Source: Antedon mediterranea (Eukaryota > Animalia > Echinodermata). Taken from it: a DNA stretch of 64,000 nucleotides. How positions within the stretch are numbered: position 1 is the first letter of the stretch; each line of letters opens with the position of its first letter. The translations under genes and the position numbers were made by a program. The stretch covers positions 17,940,101-18,004,100 of the forward strand of contig NC_092677.1 of assembly GCF_964355755.1 (NCBI RefSeq). Reading direction: 5' to 3'. Below the pieces are notes generated by a model that did no database searches, was not told the origin of the DNA, and saw only the letters and a list, made by a program, of their open reading frames with translations. Shown piece by piece: positions 1-13,500 of the stretch.

Positions 1-846
1 TTTGTCTGTTTCACTCTTTGAGTGTCATCATTGTTAAGTACAATTTTAAAATTATCTACATCATCAGCCTTCTTTTTCTTATTACTAATTATAATATAAT
101 TAGATTTCTTTGAATTTAATGAAAATCTAGCCTAAACCATTCACAAATATAATATAGTTGGTTGTTGACAGTACGATTTTGTATTCGTAACGTACCACGC
201 ACAAAACGGGTTAAAATATCATTTGAAAATCTTTTAACAACAAATCTACCATAATTTGAACTAGGTATAAGCATAACAGTTTAGTAATATTAGTTTTTAG
301 CTCATTAATTAAGATCTGATAAGTGTTTTTTCAATCGATCTTTAACTGAAACATAGTCTCGAATGTCATAGTATCACAGCATGCATGGTAGCCTAACTCC
401 CGGGAGAGGTTCTCTCGGGGTATAGGCTGCGTTGTAGAATGTTAAAGGTACCCCATAGGCGATAGAATCGGAGCACAGAGCGGCCTGACAGGTGTCGTAT
501 AAACGACATTGTAACTGAGATCTCGTCTCACCTTGTATGAAAGCGCTTCTTTTTTTGTTCGTAGAGGTCGATGTTTCTGGTACAAATACCCTGGCAACCT
601 CATTAAAACACACTCTGTGCAAATGGGCCGGGAGGCACAAACTGAGATACATATCAATGGAAACTTTGGATTGCACCTTAGTAATGACGCATCATTACAA
701 GTAATTGCAGCCAAGCATTTTGTTCTCCAATGCAAGTTGTTTCAATGTGAAAATGGGCCTAATTAATGTGCGAGGACTGGGGAGTGGGGTGGGGTAGTAA
801 ATATCAATAGAACCGTCGGGGGCTAATCTCATGATTGCATCTTTTC

Positions 847-930
847 ATTACCTCCGCCAAGGAGGTTATGTAGTCGATCGCGTGTGTCTGTCTGTTTGTT
901 AGTAGGATTACTCAAAAAGACCAGGCCAGG
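847..930 (+). mobile_element. 5' end of a second Helentron/HINE-like family
   Basis: ATTACCTCCGCCAAGGAGGTTATG hairpin followed by a GTCT/GTTT microsatellite and AGGATTAC, a layout typical of such elements. Confidence 0.55.
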
Positions 931-1654
931 ATCCCATTTTGGGACCACTTATTATCAATATTATTTTTAGACCCGCTAGTGTTAAAAAGATAGGAGACAA
1001 TTTTCAAAAGCTAGCGATCTGGTACTGAGAAGTCTTTAACGTAACAAGTAAACTGAAATTGTATTTTCTCGAGAATAACTTCATTTTTTTTAGAGGAGGA
1101 AAGATTTTTTTTTTGTAATTTTTAATTGATTTAATGTACAAGGTTTTTTATACAAGTAGTTTTAAAAACCCCATTTTTGTTTCTGGCGCTTTGACAGGCT
1201 CGTCCATTATACTAGGGAACATACTTTTTTCTTACAATTTTCAAAGTTAATTTTGTTACCAGCATATGTGTAATTGTTGATTTCATTCTGTAAAACTTAC
1301 ATCTTAGTAAATTAGTACGGCCCTGCATGATTAATTAAACACCACAGTCTTAAGGAGATTATCAAGATCAGCTGATAATAACGTAACGCAAAAATATTAA
1401 ATAGGCAAAGAAAACTCTCACAATTTTTATTTATAAGGGAATTATACGAAGTTGAGCTTAGAATTATAGTAAAAATAAACAAAATATAAAGAAAAAATAA
1501 TTAAAAAAATATTAAATAAATTATTACAAAAAAATAATGATAACGGATACATTACCATTACACCAAACTCGCATTCACATGGGTGTTAGAGTGAAATTAG
1601 CCTGTAGTACAGGAAAACTGAAATATGGTTGAAAAAATTGCACAATCACAATGC

Positions 1655-1762
1655 ATTTCTATAAGGTCCCTATATGAACATGCTAAAAGTTTTTAAAAAA
1701 CCTATTTCCCCTACAAAGTTTTCTAGACTTTTGATATGTTCATATAGGGACCCTATAGAAAT
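1655..1762. repeat. Long imperfect inverted repeat (foldback or MITE remnant)
   Basis: atttctataaggtccctatatgaacat..aaaagt pairs with acttttgatatgttcatatagggaccctatagaaat. Confidence 0.7.
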
Positions 1763-2946
1763 AAATATGTTACTGTTTTAATCAATGTGAATCAAATGTA
1801 AGCCTTGGCTAGGGCTACCTTTTTTTTATTCAAATGACAGGAATCTATTTAGATGTTATATAAAACAAATAATGAATGTTTTATATTCGTGTAATGGTAC
1901 AAAATAATGGCATTTGGTGAATGATGAAAAGTTAAATATCAATTATCTGTGGCTGCGACACGATCAGTTCTACGCGCCTTGGAGAATGCACATAGTACAG
2001 TACTGTTGGTATATGTCGCAGCCAGACATAAGATCAAATGAGTTTCTATCTTGGCAAGGCTAGCTCAGTATCCTGTTGTAAGGTTGCCTTACTTCCCTTT
2101 AACCATTGGTGTACGCGCCTACCGCCTGCCGCAGGTAACACGATAGCTCATGATATTGCAATAGAACCTCAATAGTATGTCATTCTCTACTACTTACTTT
2201 GCTTATTTCGTTACTATTAGTCTACACACTCTCCTGTTTATCAACAATAAACTTTAAATATTCATAACCGTTTGAACAACTGCGAATTTTAGCCGATTCA
2301 TAGTGTCTGAAATTGAACAGTAATACGATAGCTTCTACTGAATAATTGTTTTGTTTTCTCCTTTTGTTTCTCTAGGAATCTGAATAATACTAGTGACAGG
2401 GGATAGCGGCTGGATACACATTCGTCGAATAGCAACCAACCCAAGGGTGGAAGTTGCCCTGAAAGTTAACATCGCCTGCGGCTCCAAACGATCTTTAAAA
2501 TTCGAAGTGTCCAAAAACAAAACATAACCATGTAAATTCGTAATAGAGAATTGTTTGTACAGACTTCGTGAACGACTACGGCGAAATACGGACAAGGAGA
2601 AGGTTACCCTATCAGACAGGTTGTTACCCTCGGGGCCAGCACGCTTCAAATTCATCGACCATAATCTTAAAATCCACAAATAATAAAAGACATGTTTTTC
2701 TACAAATTGTTTTGATATTCATCTACTTTTGAATATCCAGAAATTGACACGTTTTATATTGATTGAGTAATTTGTAACAAGTTTGTATTTCAACAATAAA
2801 TGGATTATGAAGGAAACGTGTTTACTATACCACAAAAATTATTTTCAATATCCCACAGAAACATAAACAACAAAAACAATCCAATAGCTCACTTCTATTG
2901 AGAGCATGTTGGCAGAGATTCTAATGAGCCATTTCTCAATTTTTAT

Positions 2947-3052
2947 AACAAGGCCACATATATGGCTGCAGTCGCGTGCTCAAGTTAGTGCTTACCGACC
3001 GACCAACCGACCAACCGACCGACATTGAGAGCTGTAGAGTCGCAACTAAAAA
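2947..3052 (-). mobile_element. Helentron-type non-autonomous element (HINE/DINE-1-like), copy 1
   Basis: aacaaggcca..tatggctgcagtcgcgtg, (ACCG)n and tagagtcgc..ctaaaa; family members also at 18.8, 25.0 and 63.4 kb. Confidence 0.7.
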
Positions 3053-4292
3053 TGTTGCCTAATTTAAATTAATGCACGAAAAAAAAAATTAAATAGGTCT
3101 AGGCTTACCTGCACTTAATTTAGATAGAAAGCTTGTGAAAAAAAATCTGAATTTCCGAAAATATAATATTGATTTTACGATGAAATGTGCAGGTGGCCAT
3201 TGTTGATTGAATTAAAATAAAGAACGTGTCTGTATGAGCGTGTTAATGATAATGATTTCACTTATAAAAAGATAAAATTTAACCAAAAACCCAGAGCGCT
3301 TACAGATATTTTGTGCTTCAAATTTTGTCATTGTAAATCATTTTTTTTTCGAGCCAATTTTTGGTCATAGTGAATAAACTATACGACATTAAAATGCCAT
3401 ATTCAAGATTTTTTCCAACTAAGATCTCTTCACAATCAATCAAACATAATCCGAACTTCTCACTAAATTATGATTAACTATGCGATAACTTTAGACTAAT
3501 GAAGAAGATAAAGAAAATTATTACATTGTGGTATAGATGTAATATGGTGTAAAATCCACGTAGACGTTGATAGTAAACTTTGTTCGCATAAAAAATAAAC
3601 ATAACAAAAACAACGATTTTAATATTACATTTAAGACATTTTACTATAGCAAAACACATAAATACATACACATAATTTGATAAAATAATACATATATTTG
3701 AGACCTTTATAAAATTATATATGTGTTTTAAAAGTACATTTTAAAAACTTTGTGTTGATCATAAAAATCACATAACATGTTATTTGTGTACATACATCTA
3801 ATTAAAATAAATAATTCGAAAGCTTGAAATTAATAACGTTTATAAAAAGTAAATATAAATTTAAATTTTATATATTTTTTAATAAATCAAATTTTTAATT
3901 CCAAAACCTTTACAACGCTAATCTGTATATTGAACAATAATTAACAATTTGTTCAACAAATGCTTAGTTAAAATGTTTTTACAAAATATTTTAAATTTTT
4001 AAATTCAAATTGGCTTCAATGATTGCGATACAAAGTTTAATCTCCGAAAAAATCCGGCCTTTGGTTAATTCTCCTAAAATGATATGTTTGTTCTGTTAGA
4101 AAAGATACGCTTTTGTAAGCCTAAGTTGGAATTTTATCTTGTTTTCATCCGTTTATGTTGTATAAAATGTTAAGTATTTTGAAAAACTAATTGCACAGCT
4201 ATATTAGCACATTTCCACTTAAATTGTTCTTTTTACTGAAACGACACTTCATTCATTGAGAGAATAAGTGTGTAGAGTTCCATATCTCCTTT

Positions 4293-4427
4293 TTACTGGA
4301 ACGATGCCTTGACAACTCGTCCGTTTAGTGACTGTGTGGGTCTGTAGTTATCCACGAGGTAGCCATCATCTTCAGAAGACGGCACGTCACCCTTCAAATG
4401 AGTCCGCATTCGTCGAAAGTTCTCCAA
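4293..4427 (-). CDS. CA8: CA8-like exon 8 (terminal coding exon)
   Basis: ttttag|TTG...CAG TAA; [44 protein letters not shown]. Confidence 0.95.
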   Translation of the reverse strand: MENFRRMRTHLKGDVPSSEDDGYLVDNYRPTQSLNGRVVKASFQ

Positions 4428-4554
4428 CTAAAAAGTTTAGATATTATATTATTATTATTATTTTATTATTATATTCTATTATCAAAAACTTTAAAGATAT
4501 CCTACATGGTTTTAATCATGAAGTATAGAAGCCAAATGGAAATATATGTTCCAG

Positions 4555-4590
<36 letters not shown>

Positions 4591-7500
4591 ATAGTTATTC
4601 TTTATTAATTCAAATTCAAATATTCTTTATTCATCTTCAATCATGAAAATATACAACAACAATATATGAGAACATAAAAAAGATGAAAAGGAAACACATA
4701 AAAACTCAAAAGAGCTTGATTAGTTGTGTCCCTAATTAGAATGTTCCAAAGAAGGTCTTATTTAAATATAACTAATAACAAACAGCCATGGTACAATTGA
4801 GAATTTAAAAAGTTGAAATAATAGAAAACCAATTACATAACATATTTTAATTAAAATGATTTGTAATTATAAAATACTAAGACAAATTGCAGCAGTTGGT
4901 ATAGGAGGTTAGCAACAGTGAGTCGCCCTTTGTTTCATTAGGTCGCTATCTTAATTGAAAACACAAATTGCAGTAGACTTAATCAAATTCTTTCTTGAAG
5001 TCGTCATGATATGAAAGATCTGATGAGCAAACTTAAAACAAAGAGATCAGTAGTAGATTTTAGTAGATGTTTGAATCAGTATGTTATAAAAAAGAGCAAC
5101 TCCGCTGAAACCATTTATTTGAGATTTAAGTGCGTCGCATAATCAACTGTAACCACACTACTATATGGTCAAAAATATTATCCGATTTCCTTGTGGAATA
5201 TTTTTAACTAGGATCTAGTGGAATTTTATGATTATTGTCAAAAACGAATGGATTTATTGATTCGGCCAAAAAGTTTCTGGTCAACTGGTGTTAATATGTC
5301 CTCACAAGTCCAGGCTGTCGCGGCAACAATTAAATATAATCAAATTCAAATATTATTTCAATCTAAATATTGTGGGATTCCGGGATGAGGAAGTTGTTTA
5401 AATGCGATCGGTTTTTTATCTCGTCTTATTTGACCAGGTAGTTTTTAGAGAAGTGCACGCACCAAAAACTACCGTACTAAACACGAAGATATTCTGTTGA
5501 ATCAATAATGAATCAATATTCCATGACAAAGCTTACCTGAGCATGAGAGACCGTTAGTGGATATCGAAACAGAATCCACTTTACGTTCTCAAAACAAGGC
5601 GGTGTTGTCAGCGACCCCTCATAAGTCCAGAAATCACGAAGTGCGGGATCTTAATAAAAATAATTGTTTAAAAGTTAATGAAAGTTATTAATTCTCAAAC
5701 GCAGTTTTCTTAAAACATAAAACATAACAAAACAGTAAACAAAAATTAAAAAAGGATTCTTAACTGTCTCAGTTTTATTAGGAAGAAGTCTTCATAACAC
5801 AACATACAAAATAAAAACTGCATTCACAGCAGAATAAAAAAAAAAATCTTTAACTGTCTCTCAATTTTATTAGGAAGAAGTCTTCACAACACAACACAAC
5901 AAAATACAAAATAAAACTGCATTCACACCAGACGGCGTCGTTAAATTTGTTTTTTCTTTATGCATTGAAAAGAGCAACAAACAAAATATTATAAAATTGG
6001 ATTAAAGGAATTCAAACCGTTGGTGGCACTTAGTGGTGGATTTATATTGATAAAGCATCATTTACACGTGTTCCGCTTCATGGAATGGAAGACGGCACCG
6101 TTTTGTTAAATAATCGAAAAAATAGAATTGTTCACACCATAGCATCAACATACAATTGTAACAACAGGCATAAGCTCTTATGAATCAACGCGCACGTTTC
6201 CTTATCTAAGGTCTTAATAGTCCTCACATTACTATGTTAAACAAGTGGCAAACTCGCTGTTAACTTAATAGATAAGTGTTATTTAGTTCAAAGAAAGATT
6301 AGATATTATCCATCATTTTACAAAACCCATTGAAACATCTTCGAATCCATCACATGCCATCTGCATGATGACACGAACTCAGGTGGGTGTCTTCCCACAA
6401 TATTTAACTTGAAAGATAGATACGTCATCATTATCATCAACTTTGTAAACAAACTCCGCCAAACAATATTACCAATTATGATTGATATGGTGTGATTTAA
6501 TATTTGGATACTATATTACTGTAGCATCAACACTTTTTTTTCACAAGCTTTATCTATAGATAAGCAATAAGTGTATATATTTCAGTTATATCGGATACCT
6601 TTTATAAAATGGAGAAAATGGTTTTTAATCTCGTAAACGCCCCTTTTCGATACACTATGACAATATAATGGCCTAGTGCTATTACTCAACTTCATACCCA
6701 ACTTATAGAAAGGGTTAAAAAAAAGAAGCTGTCGAACTCGGAAAGGTTTAGTTATCTGCCCACCCCCGCAATCCGTAGTATTCCTCATGTGCTCCGAAGC
6801 AATGGTCAAATATTAACATATAAAAATTCACTCATCCCTACAATAATTAATAATGCTAAACAATAGTTCATAGAGCCAAAGCGACAGAGCGGTTGTTGTA
6901 CCTTTTAATTCGTTTTTATTACATCATTTGTATTGTTAAGTTAAGTAATTGTACAGTAATTTTGTAAATGAAACGGTTTTAGCCATGCGGCTATTTGTTG
7001 TAAGTTTTATACCTCAATAAAAGTGAATAAATAATATTGCAGTATTATATGTTTTAGTACAATACTCGTGCGATATCTCCACAGTATCATATTGTTAGAA
7101 GAAGTTACATGGAAGGTATGAGTGTTAGTGTGTCGCATGAGGGTACTGTACTGTCATACTGTAGACCTAAAATAGAATTTGTCCATTAAACTGGAGAAAT
7201 GTAGGCTACATACTGTATATCAATACAGAGAATTGGCTACACTATATCACCAATTATTTAAAATTATAATCAAAAGTTGCAATATTTTTTTTAATTTTAG
7301 CTAAAAATGTTGCAAACAAATAATTCCAATTCTCCTTACCTGGTAGTAGACAATTAGGATTAAAAGGAATTTGTAGTGAGTAACTTTTTCCCTGTAAAAA
7401 AGATCAAGACAACTGTATTAGTCTAAGATAAATCGGAAAATGTACAATTGCATCATATTTGCGTCCAATTAAATAAACACGTTTTTCATAACAGGATAAT

Positions 7501-10500
7501 CCTTTATGTTCCTTTGATTGATTTGAGTAAAAAAAAATAATTTTCTAATTTATTTTGTTTTATGTAAGAAAATGGGTCTATCTATTTAGTGTCATTCGTT
7601 ATCGTTCGTAGCATAAATTCTAATATAATAGCCTAATATATTAAAGTATAATTAACAAAACAACTTTCAATTGATTATGCCTAAATATAGACCTTAGTGG
7701 TATAAAACAAGAATTCTCGAAAACGATTAGGTTATGATTAAATGCAGGTTTCATTCCGCGATTATTTGTTTGTATTTTCTTTATTTGTTTCTCCACACTT
7801 CAACAATGCAACATAGTATTATATAGACATAATGAAGAAAGAAAGTGTTGAATGAAGTCAAGTAATAATGAGCTATAGGACAACACAAACTATGCAACCA
7901 TAAGAAAAAATAGCATAAAACATTGGTACGTAATAGGCCTTCAACAATATTAATTTTAGAAAGGTTGCCTTTATTTATGTAATTTGGTGATTCTGTTTAA
8001 TAATATCTATCTAATTAATGTAAGGATGACTGTATAGTAAATAACAATATATATTATAATCTAGATTTCTAGGTCAATATTTATTTTTTTAAAGAATGAA
8101 AACGATTTTTAGTTTAGTTTGTCAAAATTAATAACATCATAAATATTTACAACTCCCTTAATGTTTCTACCTTCTATTGTTTTCAAAATATTTGTTGACA
8201 AATCAAAGCGAAGTGTTACTAAAATACGTAATAATACTTATGTATCTTTTCACTTAAAGCGCCGCAGTCGTAAATCATTAATTCTGTATTGACATTTACT
8301 TTTTAATTATTCTTTTTCTATAAATTAATTGAAATTATAATTTAGATTGGAATTTATTACCAAATAGTTTGATATTAAATACATAACACAAAATGGAAAT
8401 GAGTTTATTCATAGAAAGCAATTTTAAATGTATAATTTTTCCGAAGAATCTGAGCTCATTTAATATAAACATCCTTCATACGGTAGACAAGTGTACTACA
8501 CTGTCATGCCACATCTAAACTTCCCGCAACATTTTCTTCAAGTATTGTTAATTCAGTGAAGTGGAATTTCCATCGTCGTATTGACGAATCAATTGATATC
8601 GCTGTGCAGAACAATTAACTTGAATATAAGATGCATATGTTGACAAAAACACTTACAAACGACCGTAACACTATTGAGTAACGCTCGGGTCCACTTATAA
8701 TATGAATTCATACAACAACGTTCAATGCGAATTCAAATAGATCTTAGTATGATAATGAAATTATCGCAATATTCAAAAGCTATTTATCACACTAAATTGC
8801 GGATACGATGAGTACAGACGGCGAAATTTAATAAAGAAATATTGACGATCTTACAATGTCTCGTACTGATGTCACAGCTTCTGTATACCATGTTTTAATT
8901 TAATGGAAATCAACTTAGCGACATTGTTTAACAAGGATTGATTTAGATTGTTGTTTAAACCGAACAGTTAGCGTTTATTGAAACGCAACAGACATTATGC
9001 TGAAAACACATTAGGCTTCGTTCGTGGTTCTGTCAAACACAATAGCTAAGAGTTTAACAGAACTAATCTAATATAAAACGTAGTTAATGAAAATATTATC
9101 TTGTTTTCGTTTCTCATGAAATTCGATTCCGCGGTCCTTATTGACAAAATTGTAAATTGGAGACACGAAATCGTACTTGTGTTAGTGTATTTACTTAATG
9201 TAGCCAACGATAAAGAGTGTCGGGCAAATTATTCAACGTTATCGACAATAAGGAAATGACAAATATTATAAAAATATGCGTCTTGACTCGATCTCATCAC
9301 AGAACAATACAACAATAATCGAACATTTACACGATGTATTAAAACCGAAGACACATGAATTCTATGCTTTGTTCATGACAAGTAAAATTCATTTCCCTAG
9401 AGTAAAAGTATAAACATACGACGAGAGAGTTATTGTCAGATGTCTACCAAAGAATAGACTACGAATCTATAGTAAATACACGAATCGCTAAAACGTAATG
9501 AAGATGAATTGATATTTAAAGACTTGACATTTCCTAAGCTTTGAATAAGGGTTAACATATAGTTTGATAAAACTTTGACATAAGCCTAGATCGTAATGTT
9601 TTATCTCATCTAATTTTGTTTTTCTTGTTCTTTAAAAACACATAAGATTACTTTTTAACGACTCTAATTACCGTTTATTCTCAATACTTTATATTATAGT
9701 CATTGAGACTCTCAATACCTATGCAATAAGCAGGAGTTATGTAATAATAAAATGTTACTAAGGTTAATGAGGACTGTTTTAACATTGACGCCAAACGTTG
9801 AATTTATTTTTTTTCGTTTGATTAAGATACATTTATTGAACAATAGAACGCTGTTGGGGAAGAGGTGGTGGTGAGCTCAAAGACCAATACACCAACAATT
9901 TAAGATTGTGCTTGATATCCAAAAACTGATGTCAAAAAACTGTTTTTCTAAAAAAATTAATTAAGAGCAAAATGCATTTTCTTCCACCAAATTAAAATTG
10001 ATGATAATAAATATATATATATCTATCTATTAACTGTTTATCTAATTTATCTAATATATCTATCTATTGTTCTTGAATTCAAGTTTATAAAATATCAATT
10101 TATTCACGATCCCCATTCATGATAAAGTTTATTATTAATCGATACAAAATAAAAGAACTTAAACAAGTTCAAAAGAGCTTGTGATAAAGTTCTAAAGTAA
10201 AAAAACACACAAAAAATGATGCTCGATAGTGGGCCTAAAGAGAAATCTAAAAAATAACTCATTCAAACGTTTCTAGTAGTAGGCCTAAAACAAGGGAATA
10301 TATTTTCATAAAAAGGATGAGCTTAAATTGAACCACATGAAATTTATATTAAATATTGAACGACGTCTCATGTAAGTAGAATACTGCCCTAAAACATTCA
10401 ATACAATGTTATAGACGTGCTCATTAAAAAGTGCTCGCAGTTATAATTTCCTATTTGTACCGAAAGTACTTAAACACTCATACATCCATCTCAGTTTCTG

Positions 10501-13500
10501 ATATAACAATTGCCTAATAGACAACATAATACAATAAGAATTTAAGTTGATGAAATTTAATAAATGAGTTTTTAAACATACAATCTGAGGTTTACGGCTG
10601 CTTATTTTCATTATGGTTTTTTGATCAAACATTGGACAGGTAAATTTAGAGAATCGATATTAAATAAAAGAGGATTTTAGTCATGTTGAATGACCGATTT
10701 TTACAGAGCACAGAGTAATAGCAACTTTTCGTATACTTTTTTCAAGTCATAGTATTGCTGTTTCAGTTCCACGTAATATCTCTACCAATTTGGTAACAAT
10801 ATACACATTTATGTACAATTGATGATTTTAAAAGACTGTAAATAACTTCATTATGATGATGTTTAGCCTAAATAATTTATTTTATATAATAATATATTTT
10901 TTTAATTATAAATGACCTCCGTATATTGTGTATAATTAATTAAAACAATTTACAATATTCTTGTATTTTGGAATTTTCATTTTTTTCTTTTATCTAAATT
11001 GATTTTATACATGAACATTCATTTCGTGATAACAAAAATGATACGAATAAATTTGAAAGATGTTTTCATGGCTATAAACAATAATATCTTTTGTTATGTG
11101 AACTGATCTACATAGGTAAAATACTGGTTTGTATTTATGTAGGCCCAGTAGTAGCAGCATCAAATTAGCATCAATGAAACAGTAGAAATAGGCCTATTAA
11201 CAGTCGGTTACTTGCGGTCTTAATGGAAAGTAATCTTCCTGTTGGTAGAAATGCATATAACTGATTTTTATTTGTTTTAATCCATTGTACTTACTTTATA
11301 TTGCACAGCCTCTAAATTGTCTGTTAACATTCGGAGTCCAGCGTTTTCCCGACCAATCTAAAATGAACATGAACCAATGAAGATGAACAGTATTATTAAC
11401 ACATTGATATGGTAGTTGGTTACTTTAGTATTTTTATATAAGGTTTTATACAATAAATGATTTAATATTAACTTGACTTAAATTGACTTGTTAGGTAATA
11501 TATTATTATTACTAATACTTTGTAAATAAATAATAATAGGCCTATTTTCACATTTGTATTTTAGATATTTTTAGATAATAAAATGACTGTTGTTAAATGC
11601 TGTATAACATTTTATATCAAATAGTATATAGGTTTAATGACCGAATGGTCAATGACTCGATTTGGCACAAAAATATGCATTCCATATAATTTTACAAGGT
11701 TAGCCTAAGACATCATATCCAAGGTAGCCTAGGCGAGCTTAATTAAATGCAACTCGTAGAGGCTGGCGATCGTGTTCAGTTACGCTGAAATCCTGTAACC
11801 GCTGTCTATTTTTCAGACGGCCTACAATTTGACGTGAAACATTCGCAAATTTTACCCTTTGACAGTAATCATACTGGTTGGAATTTAGGCCTAGGCATCG
11901 CTATGGCATTGTAAATACTTACTATTGTTTTGCTTATTAAATTTTAAATGACGGAGATAGGGCTGAAGTATTAGTAAGCATAACAGTGTTCAAGTATATA
12001 CATTTTGGTTGATCTATTTAATCTTAACGCCATGGTCCGAATCGAAAGGAATCACATTGTTAATTTATACTAAGGCGATAAAGATCGACGAGAACTAGAT
12101 AAATGTGCATCCTTTCTACATAAAACAAAGGAAATCGATTTTTTTTTTCATTTAAGAAATATAGGAAAACAATTTATGCTGCCTTTGATGGAAATACAAT
12201 TGTAATCTAATGATTATAAAACGTTATCATCCCAGTAGCTGTAAATATGCCTTTACTCAGTCTTTGTAAAGCACTCAGAGCCCTGTTCCGAACACACGAT
12301 TTAATCAATCAATATTTTAATTTGAAAAGTTGGAAGAAAAAGTTAATGTATCAATGTATGATAGAATGGCGTATTAGAATAATGTAGGATTAGCCGCACA
12401 AACTACACAAAAGTAATGTTAATAAGGGCTTTAGTTTGAGGCTAAAATAAATTGTTTTTCTTCACTGTGTTTAGTTAAAAAAGGAAAAATAAATATTTAC
12501 CAATAAAATAAAAAAAAAAAATACATACATTCAAGTAGACCTACTTCTAATTTTGTTTTCAAAGTATTCCAAATCTTCTGGCCCCACTTTATTTTGTACA
12601 ATTAAAGAAATTTAGCAAACAAAGTTCGCCAGCGGTTTTTAGTCTAATTTGATATCGGTTAGTAGAACTTCTGTAACCTACTGGAAACATTTCCTACACA
12701 GACAGTGCGTACATAATTCAATTTCAAAATATAGGCCTACTATACAATTTCTTATATAATATATCTGTTTTATGTTCTGTAGGCCAATTAGTCACCATGA
12801 TAAAGGACAACTATCTGGACAATTTAAGATTGAATTTAAATATGCTGTTATAGGCCTAGTTGGTTCGTGAAATGTGTGAACCTTATCCCTTCTTATCTAC
12901 GCAACCATTATGGTAGCTAGCAATTTCAGACAATTCTAACACTCAGTAGAGTACATCATGGATGCATGTATGTATATCGCCTATGTATTAACCTACACCT
13001 TCGAAATGAATATGATAGATGTGATATTTTGGGTGTTAGGTGAGGTGCTCGTGAAATACAGTACTCAGGACGCGAGTCACATAGATAAAAGTTTTTTCTT
13101 TATTAGTATAGGCCTAATGTTCAGATTTTAATTACATTACAATGATTCCTGAAATGAAGAAGAATTTCAAACGTGGTTCGCACGATCAGGTTATTCTGTA
13201 TTTTGACGAATTTTACTATAATATTATACGCGTACAGTAAATCAAATCGACTTAAAGGGCACAATTTCGGTCGGTGGTAAGTAAAGTTTCCACTATAGTC
13301 TACCACTGCAAAGCGACTCACAAATAACGTGCGCTCCACCTTAAAAACTGTTTTTATATTTCTTTTATCCGTCGTAGGCTATAGAATACCGGTTGAAATG
13401 CACAATCAATTACTTGCCTGAATAAAAAGAGCAACTATGCAAATACCATCCGGCTTGCCCATTGCTTCTTCTAGACTCGTGTACAAAGTGCTATTCCAAT

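Noticed and set aside
374-766. Overlapping 77-100 aa ORFs
   Set aside because: No recognisable domain or splice context; likely a GC-richer non-coding block.
4605-5420. Decayed LINE 3' end in CA8 intron 7
   Set aside because: An AATAAA plus (TTTGAA)n tail is suggestive, but no convincing protein motif could be read, so it is not called.
10770-10790. Alternative CA8 exon 5 (IGRD...)
   Set aside because: No AG acceptor and an early stop; the true exon is 11295-11357.
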